Part shown: positions 9,180 to 18,925 of the stretch, in pieces
Numbering within the stretch: position 1 is the first letter of the stretch
Layout: each line of letters opens with the position of its first letter
From: Planctomycetota bacterium
GTDB lineage: Bacteria; Planctomycetota; UBA1135; UBA2386
Assembly (NCBI GenBank): GCA_049276695.1
Contig: JBASWX010000179.1
Coordinates: 1-62,637, forward strand
Direction: 5' to 3'
Length of the DNA stretch: 62,637 bases
Position numbers and translations under genes: made by a program
Notes under the pieces: generated by a model
What the model saw: the letters and a program-made list of their open reading frames with translations, nothing else
What the model was told of the DNA's origin: nothing
The model's database searches: none

Positions 9180-11014
9180 TGGCGAGTGGCGAGTCGGAAC
9201 GGTACGCGGTGCACGAGCACGACGTGCTGGTGATCGGCGCCGGTGGCGCGGGCCTGCGCGCGGCGATCGAAGCGTCGGCGGGCGGTGCGAAGGTCGGCCT
9301 CGTCTGCAAGTCGCTGCTCGGCAAGGCGCACACGGTGATGGCCGAAGGCGGCGTCGCCGCGGCGCTGGCGAACGTCGATGGGCGCGACGGCTGGCAGGTG
9401 CACTTCGCCGACACGATGCGCGGCGGCCAGTACGTGAACCACTGGCGCATGGCGCAGCTGCACGCGCAGGAGGCGCCGGCCCGCGTCCGTGAGCTGGAAG
9501 CCTGGGGTGCCGTGTTCGACCGCACCCACGACGGCAAGATCCTGCAGCGCAACTTCGGCGGCCACCGGTATCCGCGCCTCGCGCACGTCGGCGACCGCAC
9601 CGGTCTCGAGATGATCCGCACGCTGCAGGACCACGGCGTGCACCAGGGCATCGACGTGCACATGGAAGTGACCGTCGTGCGGTTGTTCCAGGACGGCGGC
9701 AAGGTGTGCGGCGCGCTGGCCTACGACCGCGAACGCGGCCGCTTCCGGCTGTTCCGCGCCAAGGCGATCGTGCTGGCGACCGGCGGCATCGGCCGCGCCT
9801 TCGAGATCACCAGCAACTCGTGGGAGTACACCGGCGATGGCCACACGTTGGCGTACGACGCTGGCGCCGAGCTGATCGACATGGAGTACGTGCAGTTCCA
9901 TCCGACCGGGATGGTCTGGCCGCCGAGCGTGCGCGGCATCCTCGTCACCGAGGGAGTGCGCGGCGAAGGCGGCGTGCTGCGCAACAACAACGGCAAGCGC
10001 TTCATGTTCGACGACATCCCGGAGAACTACCGCCCGCAAACGGCGAGCGATCCGGAAGAGGGCTGGCGCTACACGCAGGGTGACAAGGACGCGCGGCGGC
10101 CACCGGAGCTGCTGACCCGCGACCACGTCGCGCGCTGCATCATGCGCGAGGTCAAGGCCGGCCGCGGCAGCCCGCACGGCGGGGTGTTCCTCGACATCTC
10201 CTGGATCAAGGAGAAGCTGCCCGGCGCCCGCGAGCACATCCGGAAGAAGCTGCCGAGCATGTACCACCAGTTCAAGGAACTGGCCGGCATCGACATCACG
10301 ACCGAACCGATGGAGGTCGGCCCGACGACGCACTACGTGATGGGCGGCGTCAAGGTCGATCCCGACAGCCAGATGTCGACGGTGCCGGGCCTGTTCGCGG
10401 CTGGCGAAGTGGCGGCGGGGCTGCACGGCGCCAACCGGCTCGGCGGCAACTCGCTGAGCGATCTGCTCGTGTTCGGCAAGCGCGCCGGCGAGTACGCGGC
10501 GAAGTGGGCCAAGGAGCAACCGGCCGGCAAGGTCGGCGACCGCGACGTCGAAGCGGTGATCCAGCAGCTGCTGGCGCCGATGGAACGCGCCGCGGGCGGC
10601 GGCGAGAACCCGTACGTGATCCAGAACGCGCTGCAGAAGGAGATGCAGGCGCTGTGCGGCATCGTGCGCAACCAGGCGGAGATGGACAGCATGGTCGAGA
10701 AGCTCGCCGGCTACCGCGCGCGCGCCGCCAAGGCCATCGCCCCCGGCAACCGCGAATACAACCCGGGCTGGCACGGCGCGATGGACCTGCACTGCCTGCT
10801 GACCGTCAGCGAAGCCGTCGCGCGTTCGGCGGCCTCGCGGCCGGAGAGCCGCGGCGGCCACTTCCGCGAGGACTTCCCCGACAAGGACAAGAAGTTCGGC
10901 AAGCTGACGACGATGGTCAGGAGGGGGCCCGATGGCGCGATGCAGTTGAGCCACGTGCCAGTGCCGCAGTGGCCGGCCGAGATGCAGAAGATCATGGACG
11001 AGAACACCAAGTGA
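9179..11014 (+). CDS. sdhA: Succinate dehydrogenase / fumarate reductase flavoprotein subunit
   Basis: The internal ATG of the 758-aa ORF gives 611 aa starting MASGESERYAVHEHDVLVIGAGGAGLRAAIEAS (FAD dinucleotide-binding GxGxxG). Other hallmark segments are 'HTVMAEGGVAAA' (covalent-FAD His region), 'HPTG', 'GGNSLSDLLVFG' and 'ESRGGHFREDFP'. Confidence 0.92.
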   Translation: MASGESERYAVHEHDVLVIGAGGAGLRAAIEASAGGAKVGLVCKSLLGKAHTVMAEGGVAAALANVDGRDGWQVHFADTMRGGQYVNHWRMAQLHAQEAPARVRELEAWGAVFDRTHDGKILQRNFGGHRYPRLAHVGDRTGLEMIRTLQDHGVHQGIDVHMEVTVVRLFQDGGKVCGALAYDRERGRFRLFRAKAIVLATGGIGRAFEITSNSWEYTGDGHTLAYDAGAELIDMEYVQFHPTGMVWPPSVRGILVTEGVRGEGGVLRNNNGKRFMFDDIPENYRPQTASDPEEGWRYTQGDKDARRPPELLTRDHVARCIMREVKAGRGSPHGGVFLDISWIKEKLPGAREHIRKKLPSMYHQFKELAGIDITTEPMEVGPTTHYVMGGVKVDPDSQMSTVPGLFAAGEVAAGLHGANRLGGNSLSDLLVFGKRAGEYAAKWAKEQPAGKVGDRDVEAVIQQLLAPMERAAGGGENPYVIQNALQKEMQALCGIVRNQAEMDSMVEKLAGYRARAAKAIAPGNREYNPGWHGAMDLHCLLTVSEAVARSAASRPESRGGHFREDFPDKDKKFGKLTTMVRRGPDGAMQLSHVPVPQWPAEMQKIMDENTK

Positions 11015-11757
11015 AGAAGGCGACGTTCCAGGTCTGGCGCGGCGATGCGCGCGGCGGCGCGTTCGCCAGCTACACGACGATGATCGGCGAAGGCATGGTC
11101 GTGCTCGACGCCGTGCACCAGATCCAGGCCGAGTCGGCGCCCGACCTCGCGGTGCGCTGGAACTGCAAGGCCGGCAAGTGCGGCTCGTGCTCGGCCGAGA
11201 TCGACGGCAAGCCGCGCTTGATGTGCATGACGCGGTGCGAGGACCTCGACCTCGACCGGCCGGTCACGTTGCAGCCGCTGAAGGCGTTCCCGTCGATCAA
11301 GGACCTGGTCACCGACGTGTCGTGGAACTTCGCGGTCAAGAAGAAGATCAAGCCGTTCACGCCGCGCGCGCCCGACAACCCGGACGGCACCTGGCGCATG
11401 CACCAGGAGGACATCGACCGCGTCCAGGAGTTCCGGAAGTGCATCGAGTGCTTCCTGTGCCAGGACGTCTGCCACGTGCTGCGCGACCACAGCAAGCACG
11501 ACGAGTTCATCGGCCCGCGCTTCTTCGTGCACACCGCGGCGCTCGAGATGCACCCGCTCGACACCGCCGACCGGCTGCCCGAGCTGCAGCAGGCGCACGG
11601 CGTCGGCTTCTGCAACATCACCAAGTGCTGCACGGTGGTGTGCCCCGAACACATCACGATCACCGACAACGCGATCATCCCGCTCAAGGAACGCGTCGTC
11701 GACCGCTTCTACGACCCGCTGAAGCTGCTCTGGCGCAAGCTGACCGGCAAGTCCTGA
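11011..11757 (+). CDS. sdhB: Succinate dehydrogenase / fumarate reductase iron-sulfur subunit
   Basis: The GTG at 11011 overlaps the sdhA stop (GTGA). It gives 248 aa starting VKKATFQVWRGDARGG. Cys clusters are 'CKAGKCGSCSAEIDGKPRLMC' (2Fe-2S), 'CIECFLCQDVC' and 'CNITKCCTVVCP' (4Fe-4S / 3Fe-4S). Confidence 0.9.
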   Translation: MKKATFQVWRGDARGGAFASYTTMIGEGMVVLDAVHQIQAESAPDLAVRWNCKAGKCGSCSAEIDGKPRLMCMTRCEDLDLDRPVTLQPLKAFPSIKDLVTDVSWNFAVKKKIKPFTPRAPDNPDGTWRMHQEDIDRVQEFRKCIECFLCQDVCHVLRDHSKHDEFIGPRFFVHTAALEMHPLDTADRLPELQQAHGVGFCNITKCCTVVCPEHITITDNAIIPLKERVVDRFYDPLKLLWRKLTGKS

Positions 11758-11802
11758 CGGCGGCGCGGCGGCCGGCGTAGGATCGACCCGGCGGAGACCG
11801 AC

Positions 11803-12315
11803 ATGGACGACTTCCAGCTCAAGCCGCTCTCGCGCGCCGGGTTCGCCGGTGCGCTCGACAAGGCCCGGCAGTACCGGCTGCTCAACGAACCAGGGGCCGC
11901 CGAGAGCATCTGCCGCGACATCCTCGACGTCGACCCGCAGCACGGCGAAGGCACGATCCTGCTGATCCTGACCCTGACCGACATGTTCGTGCGCGGGCTC
12001 GGCGAGCGTTTCGAGGAGGCGCTGCGGCGGGCGCAGGCGCTGCGCGATCCGTACGAACGCGCCTACTACACCGGCATCGTCTACGAACGGCGGGCGAAGA
12101 CGCACCAGCGTTCGCACGCGCCGCAGAGCGGGGTGATGGCCTACGACTGGCTGCGCCGCGCGATGGTGCAGTTCGAAGCTGCCGAGAAGCTGCGGCCGCC
12201 CGGCGACGACCAGGCGATCCTGCGGTGGAACGGTTGCGTGCGGCGGCTGCGCGCGTCGCCGGAGTTGCGGCCGGCCGCCGACGACCGCGACGAGCCACCG
12301 CCGCTCGGCGATTGA
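11803..12315 (+). CDS. Hypothetical protein (helical, TPR-like)
   Basis: 170-aa ORF with an ATG preceded by GGAG (11793-11796). Composition is balanced (MDDFQLKPLSRAGFAGALDKARQYRLLNEPGAAESICRDILDVDPQHGEG...). No family recognised. Confidence 0.6.
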   Translation: MDDFQLKPLSRAGFAGALDKARQYRLLNEPGAAESICRDILDVDPQHGEGTILLILTLTDMFVRGLGERFEEALRRAQALRDPYERAYYTGIVYERRAKTHQRSHAPQSGVMAYDWLRRAMVQFEAAEKLRPPGDDQAILRWNGCVRRLRASPELRPAADDRDEPPPLGD

Positions 12316-12382
12316 TCTGCCCTACCACGACCCGGGCTCGAGTGCGTAGACGCCGAAGCACGGCGCGCGGTACCGTTCCCCC

Positions 12383-12886
12383 ATGGCCCGCGCACTCGAA
12401 GTCCGCAGCTACGACTACGTCAACCACCCCTACGCCAAGGTGCGGGAGGCGCTGGTCCGCGACGCGCTCGGCGTGTTCCGTTCCGCGACCAAGGCGGCGT
12501 CGTCGCGCGCGCACGACCTGGCGTCGGCGCTGCGCATCCAGGTCGGCGGCGTCGAGATCCAGAAGGACATCGTGATCGCGGTGCGTAGCACCGCCGAGGC
12601 GCGCAGCCCCGCACTCGACACGCTGGTCACCACGATCGAGCTGGAATGGGAAGCCGCGAAGTCACCGCGCCTGTTCCCGCTGATGCGCGCGCAACTCCAG
12701 GTCTATGCGCTGACCGCCACCGAGACCCAGCTCGACTTCGCTGGCCACTACGACCCGCCGCTCGGCCCGCTCGGCAAGGTGATCGACGCGGTGCTCGGCC
12801 GCAAGATCGCCGAGGCGTCGGTGCACCAGTTCCTCGCCGACGTCGCCGCCTTCATGCGGCGCACGCTGTCCGGCGCCAAGGCGTAG
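12383..12886 (+). CDS. Hypothetical protein
   Basis: 167-aa ORF with balanced composition (MARALEVRSYDYVNHPYAKVREALVRDALGVFRSATK...LQVYALTATETQLDFAGHYDPPLGPLGKVID...). The competing ORFs are Arg/Pro-rich. Confidence 0.6.
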   Translation: MARALEVRSYDYVNHPYAKVREALVRDALGVFRSATKAASSRAHDLASALRIQVGGVEIQKDIVIAVRSTAEARSPALDTLVTTIELEWEAAKSPRLFPLMRAQLQVYALTATETQLDFAGHYDPPLGPLGKVIDAVLGRKIAEASVHQFLADVAAFMRRTLSGAKA

Positions 12887-12901
12887 GGCGCGGCAACGGA
12901 C

Positions 12902-14047
12902 TCAGGCGTCGACGAGGCGGTCGTTCCACAGCTCGTCCGCGAACACCTGCCACGGCAGGATCTCGATGCCGTCGACGACGCGGCGACGGGCCTCCTGGCA
13001 GACGACGACGTGCCTGTTCAGCAGCGCCTCCTCGCGCAGTGCCGCGAGGCCGGCGACGTCGCGCGTGCTCACGTTCGTCGTGGCCTTGACCTCGACCGCC
13101 ACCGCGTCGCCGACGACGTAGTCGACTTCGTGGTCGCTCTGCGAACGCCAGAAACACAGCTCGGCGCCCTTGCCGCGGTAGTCGCACCAGGTCTTCAGTT
13201 CATGGCCGACCCAACCCTCGAACTGGTGCCCGAACTCGGGCGAGGGCGACTTCACGCGGCCGGTACCGCGCAGGTGCCGCACGACGCCGCCATCGAAGAA
13301 CTGGAACTTGGCGGTCGCCACCGCCTTGCGCTTCCTGCTCTTCCGCCAGACCGGGAGATCCCAGCCGAGCAGCGTGTCGCGCAGGATCTGGAAGTACTCC
13401 TGCACCGTGGTGCGCGCGACCTGGGCGTCGTTGGCGATCTTGCTGTAGTTGATCTGCTCGCCGCTGCACAGCGCTGCGACTTCGAGGAAACGCGCAAACG
13501 CCGGCACGTTGCGGGTCAGCGCTTCGTGCGCGATCTCCTCGCGCAGGTAGGTGCCGACGTAGGCGGCGAGGTCCTCATCCGGCTCGTCTCCGAGGTAGAT
13601 CGCGGGCAGCAGCCCGTGGTGCAGCGCGCGCGACAGTTCGAAGCGATCGCCGAGTTCGTGGAACGACAGCGGGTGCAGGTGCAGCGACCGGGCGCGCCCG
13701 CCGAGCAGGTTGACGCCCTTGGCCCGCAGCTTGCGCGCACTGGAACCGGTCAGCAGGAAGCGCAGCTTGCGTTGCTCGATCAGCAGGTGCGCCTCGTCGA
13801 GCAACTGCGGCAGCTTCTGGATCTCGTCGATGACCACGAGTTCGCCGGGCTTCGTGCACCACTCGCGCAGACGCTGGGGCGCCCGCTGCAGCGCCAGGTA
13901 GGTGTCGCTCTCGAGCAGGTTGAACTGCCGGGTGTCCGCGAGCTGCTGCCGGACGAGCGTGCTCTTGCCGGTCTGGCGCGGGCCGAACAGGAACAGCGAG
14001 CGTTTCGCCGTGGCAGCGGTCAGATCGACGCTGCGCGTGAGGTCCAT
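12902..14047 (-). CDS. AAA+ ATPase of the AAA_14 + DUF4143 type
   Basis: 381 aa. Walker A is 'LFGPRQTGKST' and Walker B-like is 'LVVIDEIQKLP'. The C-terminal part ('...EVDYVVGDAVAVEVKATTNVSTRD...') resembles the restriction-endonuclease-like DUF4143 region typical of this architecture. Confidence 0.8.
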   Translation of the reverse strand: MDLTRSVDLTAATAKRSLFLFGPRQTGKSTLVRQQLADTRQFNLLESDTYLALQRAPQRLREWCTKPGELVVIDEIQKLPQLLDEAHLLIEQRKLRFLLTGSSARKLRAKGVNLLGGRARSLHLHPLSFHELGDRFELSRALHHGLLPAIYLGDEPDEDLAAYVGTYLREEIAHEALTRNVPAFARFLEVAALCSGEQINYSKIANDAQVARTTVQEYFQILRDTLLGWDLPVWRKSRKRKAVATAKFQFFDGGVVRHLRGTGRVKSPSPEFGHQFEGWVGHELKTWCDYRGKGAELCFWRSQSDHEVDYVVGDAVAVEVKATTNVSTRDVAGLAALREEALLNRHVVVCQEARRRVVDGIEILPWQVFADELWNDRLVDA

Positions 14048-14070
14048 GCCATGGATGGTGCCGGGAGAGT

Positions 14071-14095
14071 CGGCAATTTCCAGCGATAATTGCCG
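14071..14095. promoter_or_regulatory. Palindrome in the AT-richer divergent intergenic region (candidate operator/promoter element)
   Basis: CGGCAATT-N9-AATTGCCG (14071-14078 / 14088-14095) lies in the 68-bp gap between the divergent AAA ATPase and phosphodiesterase-family genes. The gap is noticeably less G+C-rich than its surroundings. Confidence 0.3.
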
Positions 14096-14115
14096 GGATA
14101 CCCGGCATTTTCAGC

Positions 14116-15534
14116 ATGGCCGTTGGCGCCGCCCGGGACGAACGGCACACTGCGGCCGTGAAGCTGCTCGTCGCGATCGCCGTGGGGCTGCGGCCGAAGG
14201 ACCTCGCTCATGCGCCGGTGCTGCAGGGGCTCGGCAACCACGGGTTCATGGCACCGCTCGACACCGTGTTCCCCGCGGTGACGTGCACCGTGCAGGCGTC
14301 GTTCCTGACCGGGCTGCCGCCGTCCGGCCACGGCGCGGTCGGCAACGGCTGGTACTTCCGCGACCTCGCGCAGGTGATGCTGTGGCGGCAGAGCAACCAG
14401 CTGGTGCGCGGCGAAAAGCTGTACGAGACCGCGCGCGCGCGGCACGGCACGCGGACGGCGAAGATGTTCTGGTGGTGGAACATGTACGCGCCGGCGGTCG
14501 ACTGGTCGGTGACGCCGCGGCCCGAGTACCACGCCGACGGGCTGAAGAAGCCGGGCCTCTACAGCGAGCCGGCGGACCTGCAAGCGCACCTGCAGCAGGA
14601 ACTCGGCCCGTTCCCGCTGTTCGACTTCTGGGGACCGCGCGCCGGCATCAAGAGCACCGCGTGGATCGTGTCGTCGGCACTGGCGGTGATCGCACGGCAC
14701 GACCCGGACCTGATGCTCGTCTACCTGCCCCACCTCGACTACGACCACCAGCGCTTCGGGCCGGACGATCCGCGCAGCGTGCAGGCGGTGCGCGATCTCG
14801 ACACGCAGTGCCTGCGGCTGATCGAGGTCGCCCGCGAGAAGAAGGCACACGTCGTCGTGCTGTCGGAGTACGGCATCGAGCCGGTCACGACGCCGGTGTT
14901 CCTCAACCGCGTGCTGCACGAACGTGGCCTGCTGCGGGTCCAGGAGACTAGTCACGGACAGTTGCTCGACTGCGGCGCCTGCCGCGCGTTCACCGTCGCC
15001 GACCACCAGTGCGCCCACGTCTACGTGCGCGACGCCGCCGACCTCGAGCCGGTGCGCACGCTGCTGGCGAAGGTGCCCGGCGTCGCGCGCGTGCTCGACC
15101 GCGCGCAGCAGAAGGAACTCGGCATCGACCACGAACGCTCCGGCGAGCTCGTCTGCGTCGCCGAGCCGGGTTGCTGGTTCGCCTACCACTACTGGCTCGA
15201 CGAGAGCCGTCGCCCCGACTTCGCGCCCACGGTCGACATCCACAGGAAGCCCGGCTACGACCCGGCGGAGCTGTTCCTCGATCCGAAGATCAAGTTCCCG
15301 AAGCTCAAGGTCGCGAAGACGCTGGCCAGGAAGGCGCTCGGCTTCCGCTACCTGATGGACGTGATCCCGACCGATCCGTCGCTGGTGCGCGGCTCGCACG
15401 GCCGGCTGTACGGCGACGACGCCGCGGGCCCGGTGCTGCTGTGCAGCGACCGCAAGCTGGCACGCGACCGCATTGCCGCGACCGAGGTCAAGGACCTGTG
15501 CCTGCGACTGCTTGCGAACGCTGCAGGCTCGTGA
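14116..15534 (+). CDS. Alkaline phosphatase superfamily protein (nucleotide pyrophosphatase/phosphodiesterase-like)
   Basis: 472 aa. 'FPAVTCTVQASFLTGLPPSGHGAVGNGW' matches the nucleophile (Thr) / HG region of type I phosphodiesterase/NPP enzymes. 'LVYLPHLDYDHQ' and 'GSHG' match metal-ligand regions. An alternative GTG start at 14158 (VKLLVAIAVGLRP...) is likely. Confidence 0.7.
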   Translation: MAVGAARDERHTAAVKLLVAIAVGLRPKDLAHAPVLQGLGNHGFMAPLDTVFPAVTCTVQASFLTGLPPSGHGAVGNGWYFRDLAQVMLWRQSNQLVRGEKLYETARARHGTRTAKMFWWWNMYAPAVDWSVTPRPEYHADGLKKPGLYSEPADLQAHLQQELGPFPLFDFWGPRAGIKSTAWIVSSALAVIARHDPDLMLVYLPHLDYDHQRFGPDDPRSVQAVRDLDTQCLRLIEVAREKKAHVVVLSEYGIEPVTTPVFLNRVLHERGLLRVQETSHGQLLDCGACRAFTVADHQCAHVYVRDAADLEPVRTLLAKVPGVARVLDRAQQKELGIDHERSGELVCVAEPGCWFAYHYWLDESRRPDFAPTVDIHRKPGYDPAELFLDPKIKFPKLKVAKTLARKALGFRYLMDVIPTDPSLVRGSHGRLYGDDAAGPVLLCSDRKLARDRIAATEVKDLCLRLLANAAGS

Positions 15535-15564
15535 CCTGCGTCATCGACCACCGGTACGCCGAAC

Positions 15565-15598
15565 GGCACGGACGGGCTCACGCGAGCCCGCCCGTGCC
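15565..15598. terminator. Strong hairpin between convergent genes (candidate bidirectional terminator)
   Basis: GGCACGGACGGGCTC-ACGC-GAGCCCGCCCGTGCC pairs at 14 of 15 positions with a 4-nt loop. It lies between the stop at 15534 (+) and the stop at 15634 (-). Only a weak U-tract follows (GGTTTCC). Confidence 0.5.
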
Positions 15599-15633
15599 GC
15601 GGCGCAGCGCGGTTTCCTACCGCCCTGCGGCGA

Positions 15634-17388
15634 TCACAGGTTGCCGAGCGTTCCCTTGATGCCGTTGCTGGTGACCGCGCCGAACGCGTTCACCGGCGGC
15701 ACCTGGAACACCGCGGACTGCGTGAACAGCTCGACGCCGATCAGGCTCAGCGGCGTTGCCGGCACGGCGAAGCTGTAGTTGTGGGTCGCACCGGCGACCG
15801 CCCAGGGACCAACGACCACGTCGAGTGTCGAGCGCAGCTGGCAACCGGGCATGCCGAGGAAGAACAGGTCCAGGATGCCGGGGTCCGCGACGCCGAAGAT
15901 GTCGACGCCGAACACGCCCGTCGCCGGGATGTTGCCGGTGGTCAGGTTCCAGTTGGTGCCGAGGATCGGCCTCGTCGCCGCGGTGAGGCCGAGGGCCAGG
16001 ACGTCCACGCTGGTGAGCGTGATCAGGCCGGCGCCGAGCGCCGACAGATTCGTGTTGCTCGGATCGGCGCTGGGCCCGCCCGGCGAGTAGCCGACGAGGT
16101 GCCCGTTGCCGAGGTGCGACATCGCGCCCCACGCGAAGGTGACCTGGCCGTTGGGATAGAATTGCATCTGGAACGTGTTGGCGTTCGTCGCCGAGGTGCC
16201 GCCGAAGTCCCAGACGCCATCCCAGGTCACGACGATCGCGGCAGCGCTTTCCTCGTACTTGACCTGGCCGCTGCCCACGATCGCCGGGTTGTAGTCGTGC
16301 CAGCTGCGCCACGCGGTGTTCGTCGCGTTGAGGAACGCGGCGACGTCGGGGGTGTACGCAGTGCCGTTGCTGCCGATCGACACGTAGCCGTTCGAACAGA
16401 TGTTGAACGACGTGGCGCCGGGGAAGCTGCCGGTCGTGAACGTCTGCGTGACTTCGGAGTCATCGGTGAGAACGAGGGAAACCGGCGTGGCGATCGAACC
16501 GACGGGCAGGAACGCGCCGACGTTGTTGAGCACCGCGTAGCCGGACCCGGTCGGGATCATCGTCAGCACGGTGTTGTCGAGGTCGAAGCCTGCGGCCGCC
16601 GTGAAGTTCTCGTAGAACGACGCGCTCTGCTTGCCGCAACCGACGCCGAGAGTCGTGTTGGTTGCGGTGCCCGGCGCAGGGGCCGCCGCGATCACCATGC
16701 CTTTCACGAATCCCGTGCCCGTGTTCGGTCCGACCAGCGTGCAGAGGCCGGTGACCGGGTCGATCGTGTACAGCGAGTCGGTCGCGGTGCTGATCCCGTA
16801 CCACACGCCGGCGGGGTCGATCGACAGGCTCTGCAGGTTGTTGACCGGCAACGTCGAGATGGCCGTTCCGATCGCCAGGCCCGTGTTCTTGTCGATCTCG
16901 AAGATCGCTCCGGCGAAGTCGACGGCCCACAGCCGTCCCGTCGCATCGATGTCCATCCCGGTGACCAGCGGCGTCGTCGGCGAGAGCGTTCCAACGAGCG
17001 TCAGCGTGCCCGTCGCAGGATCGAGCCGGTGGAGTTGGTCATTCTGGTTGTGCAGGTAGAATTGTGAGGTCGTGTGGTCCCAGGCCATCGCCTGCCACCC
17101 GCTGAGGCCCGTGTTCCACACGGTCGTGAACAACCCCGTCGTCGGGTCGATCGTGCCGGCTTCGCCGCCCGCGAGATCGACCGTCCAGATCTCGCTCGTG
17201 CTGTCGCGCCAGCACAGGTCGGCCGGCGTCCCCATGATGCCGCCGCTCAGCGTGCTGCCGATCGCCGTGACGGCTCCGGTCGAGAGGTCGAGGCTGTAGA
17301 GGATGTCGAGGTTGGTGTCGACGCAGTACGCGGTCTGCGCGCAGAGAGAGGAGGAGAGCAGGAGCGAGAAGAGCAGTGGGCGTGGCAT
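15634..17388 (-). CDS. Secreted protein: N-terminal beta-propeller-like region, central beta-rich region and the shared C-terminal module
   Basis: The internal ATG (17386-17388) gives 584 aa starting MPRPLLFSLLLSSSLCAQTAYC (signal peptide). The N-terminal half has repeated 'LYxxDxxTGxxTxxG' segments. The C-terminus '...FFLGMPGCQLRSTLDVVVGPWAVAGATHNYSFAVPATPLSLIGVELFTQSAVF...SNGIKGTLGNL' parallels the 37999..40515 C-terminus. Confidence 0.75.
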   Translation of the reverse strand: MPRPLLFSLLLSSSLCAQTAYCVDTNLDILYSLDLSTGAVTAIGSTLSGGIMGTPADLCWRDSTSEIWTVDLAGGEAGTIDPTTGLFTTVWNTGLSGWQAMAWDHTTSQFYLHNQNDQLHRLDPATGTLTLVGTLSPTTPLVTGMDIDATGRLWAVDFAGAIFEIDKNTGLAIGTAISTLPVNNLQSLSIDPAGVWYGISTATDSLYTIDPVTGLCTLVGPNTGTGFVKGMVIAAAPAPGTATNTTLGVGCGKQSASFYENFTAAAGFDLDNTVLTMIPTGSGYAVLNNVGAFLPVGSIATPVSLVLTDDSEVTQTFTTGSFPGATSFNICSNGYVSIGSNGTAYTPDVAAFLNATNTAWRSWHDYNPAIVGSGQVKYEESAAAIVVTWDGVWDFGGTSATNANTFQMQFYPNGQVTFAWGAMSHLGNGHLVGYSPGGPSADPSNTNLSALGAGLITLTSVDVLALGLTAATRPILGTNWNLTTGNIPATGVFGVDIFGVADPGILDLFFLGMPGCQLRSTLDVVVGPWAVAGATHNYSFAVPATPLSLIGVELFTQSAVFQVPPVNAFGAVTSNGIKGTLGNL

Positions 17389-17538
17389 GGTTCGTGGTTC
17401 CTCGGAGACGGGTCGGCACAGTAGTTGGCCGCACCCGACCCGACAACCGCTCCCATTTCCGGCACTTGCGGCCCGCAGCACGAGCCGCGCTGACTCTGGT
17501 GGAGGTTCGCACCACGCCCCGGGGCCGTGGGCCGGAGG

Positions 17539-18591
17539 TCACCGTCGCTTGCGCACCAGGTACTGCGACCAGGTGACCGCGAGATGATCGTCGCCCTGGT
17601 CACGCCACGGTGCAACGAGGCGCGCGCGCAGCGACGCCGGCAGTTCGTTGCACGCCCCGCGCCACTGGTCCACGACGTCGAAGCCGTGGCGCGCGAACAG
17701 CGCCTCGAACTCGGCGAGCCGGAGCCGATTGCACTCGTGCACGATGCGGTCGCCGAACGGGATCGTCAGGAACTCGAGCGGATGGATCGCCGGATCGCCG
17801 TAGCTGCGGTGGTCCATCGTGTCGATGCCGTGGATGCCGAAGCCGCCGGGCGCGGTGACTCGGGCGAACTCGGCGAGCGCCTGGTCGACGTCGGGAAGGT
17901 GCTCGAGCAGGCTGTTGCTGACCAACACGTCGGCGCTGCCGGCGTCGAGCTTCGTCGCGACGACGGACTCCTGACGCAGGCAACAACGCGCGGGTGGCAA
18001 GCCGCCCGCATCGCCCGCGGCGAGGCGGGCGAGGTCGAAGTCGGCGACGTTGGCGAGCAGTTCGCGGCGATCCACGGCGAAGTCGCCGAAGACGCGCGCC
18101 GGATCGATCAACGCAGTGCTGACCAGTTCGGCGACGAAGCGCGCCGCCTTGGCGAGATCGCGCGGCGGTTCCAGTTCGAGGCACAGCACGCGCCGGGCGC
18201 CGAGCAGCAACACCGGGAACAACCGCACGAACGGGTTGACCGCGCCGCAGCCGAGGTCGACCCAGGTGGCCCCGCGGAACGGAACCTGATGCGTACGGTG
18301 ACAGTGCCGGAAGAACCGGAACGCGGTCGCCGACTTGCCGACCGCGAACGGGTTCTGCCAGATGTCGCGGTTCTTGTCGATCGCTTCGCGCAGCGCCTCG
18401 AGCAGCGCGACACGCGCTTCGGTCGCGAGCTGCGAGCCGGCCTCGTCCGGATTGCGCAGCCGCGCGAGCAGCGCACAGCCGAGGTCCCAGGTCGGAACGC
18501 CGGCGAGTTCGCGGTTGCTGGCGAGTTCGAAGTTACCGAGCCGGCCGTGGGAGCCCTGGGTCATCGTGGCGGGCCGAAGGCTACCGCGCAC
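17539..18591 (-). CDS. Class I SAM-dependent methyltransferase
   Basis: 350 aa (GTG at 18591; an alternative ATG at 18564 gives MTQGSHG...). Motif I is 'WVDLGCGAVNP'. A methyltransferase type-11-like segment is 'DVLVSNSLLEHLPDVDQALAEFARVTAPGGFGI'. Confidence 0.75.
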   Translation of the reverse strand: MRGSLRPATMTQGSHGRLGNFELASNRELAGVPTWDLGCALLARLRNPDEAGSQLATEARVALLEALREAIDKNRDIWQNPFAVGKSATAFRFFRHCHRTHQVPFRGATWVDLGCGAVNPFVRLFPVLLLGARRVLCLELEPPRDLAKAARFVAELVSTALIDPARVFGDFAVDRRELLANVADFDLARLAAGDAGGLPPARCCLRQESVVATKLDAGSADVLVSNSLLEHLPDVDQALAEFARVTAPGGFGIHGIDTMDHRSYGDPAIHPLEFLTIPFGDRIVHECNRLRLAEFEALFARHGFDVVDQWRGACNELPASLRARLVAPWRDQGDDHLAVTWSQYLVRKRR

Positions 18592-18617
18592 CGGGCCGCG
18601 GCGTCAGCCGGAGCAGT

Positions 18618-18893
18618 TCACGATCGGGATCGGTCGGGGTCGGTGTCGCGCTCGAGCCGGGTCAGGATCGCCATCGCCTCGGCGTCGCTGTCGCCGCACA
18701 TCGACGGCTCCGCCTGCAAGTCGCTGCAGAACTGCGGGCGGTCGAGATGACCGAACAATCGGCAGCGGTTGGCGACGTCGAGGTGCACGCAGCGTTCGCC
18801 GGCACGCTTGCCGAGCGGCATGCCACGGAACGGCGTCGCGATCGAAGGCGCGATGCAGCAGGCGCCGCAGCCAGGCCGGCAGATCATCGTCAT
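18618..18893 (-). CDS. YkgJ-family (UPF0153) cysteine-cluster protein
   Basis: The internal ATG (18891-18893) gives 91 aa: MTMICRPGCGACCIAPSIATPFRGMPLGKRAGERCVHLDVANRCRLFGHLDRPQFCSDLQAEPSMCGDS... It has the CxxCxxCC pattern plus downstream Cys residues characteristic of the family. The long upstream part of the 477-aa ORF is Arg/Ala-rich and overlaps the next gene. Confidence 0.75.
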   Translation of the reverse strand: MTMICRPGCGACCIAPSIATPFRGMPLGKRAGERCVHLDVANRCRLFGHLDRPQFCSDLQAEPSMCGDSDAEAMAILTRLERDTDPDRSRS

Positions 18894-18925
18894 GGACGTC
18901 GCCGCAGCCTCCCAGCCTGGTGCGG

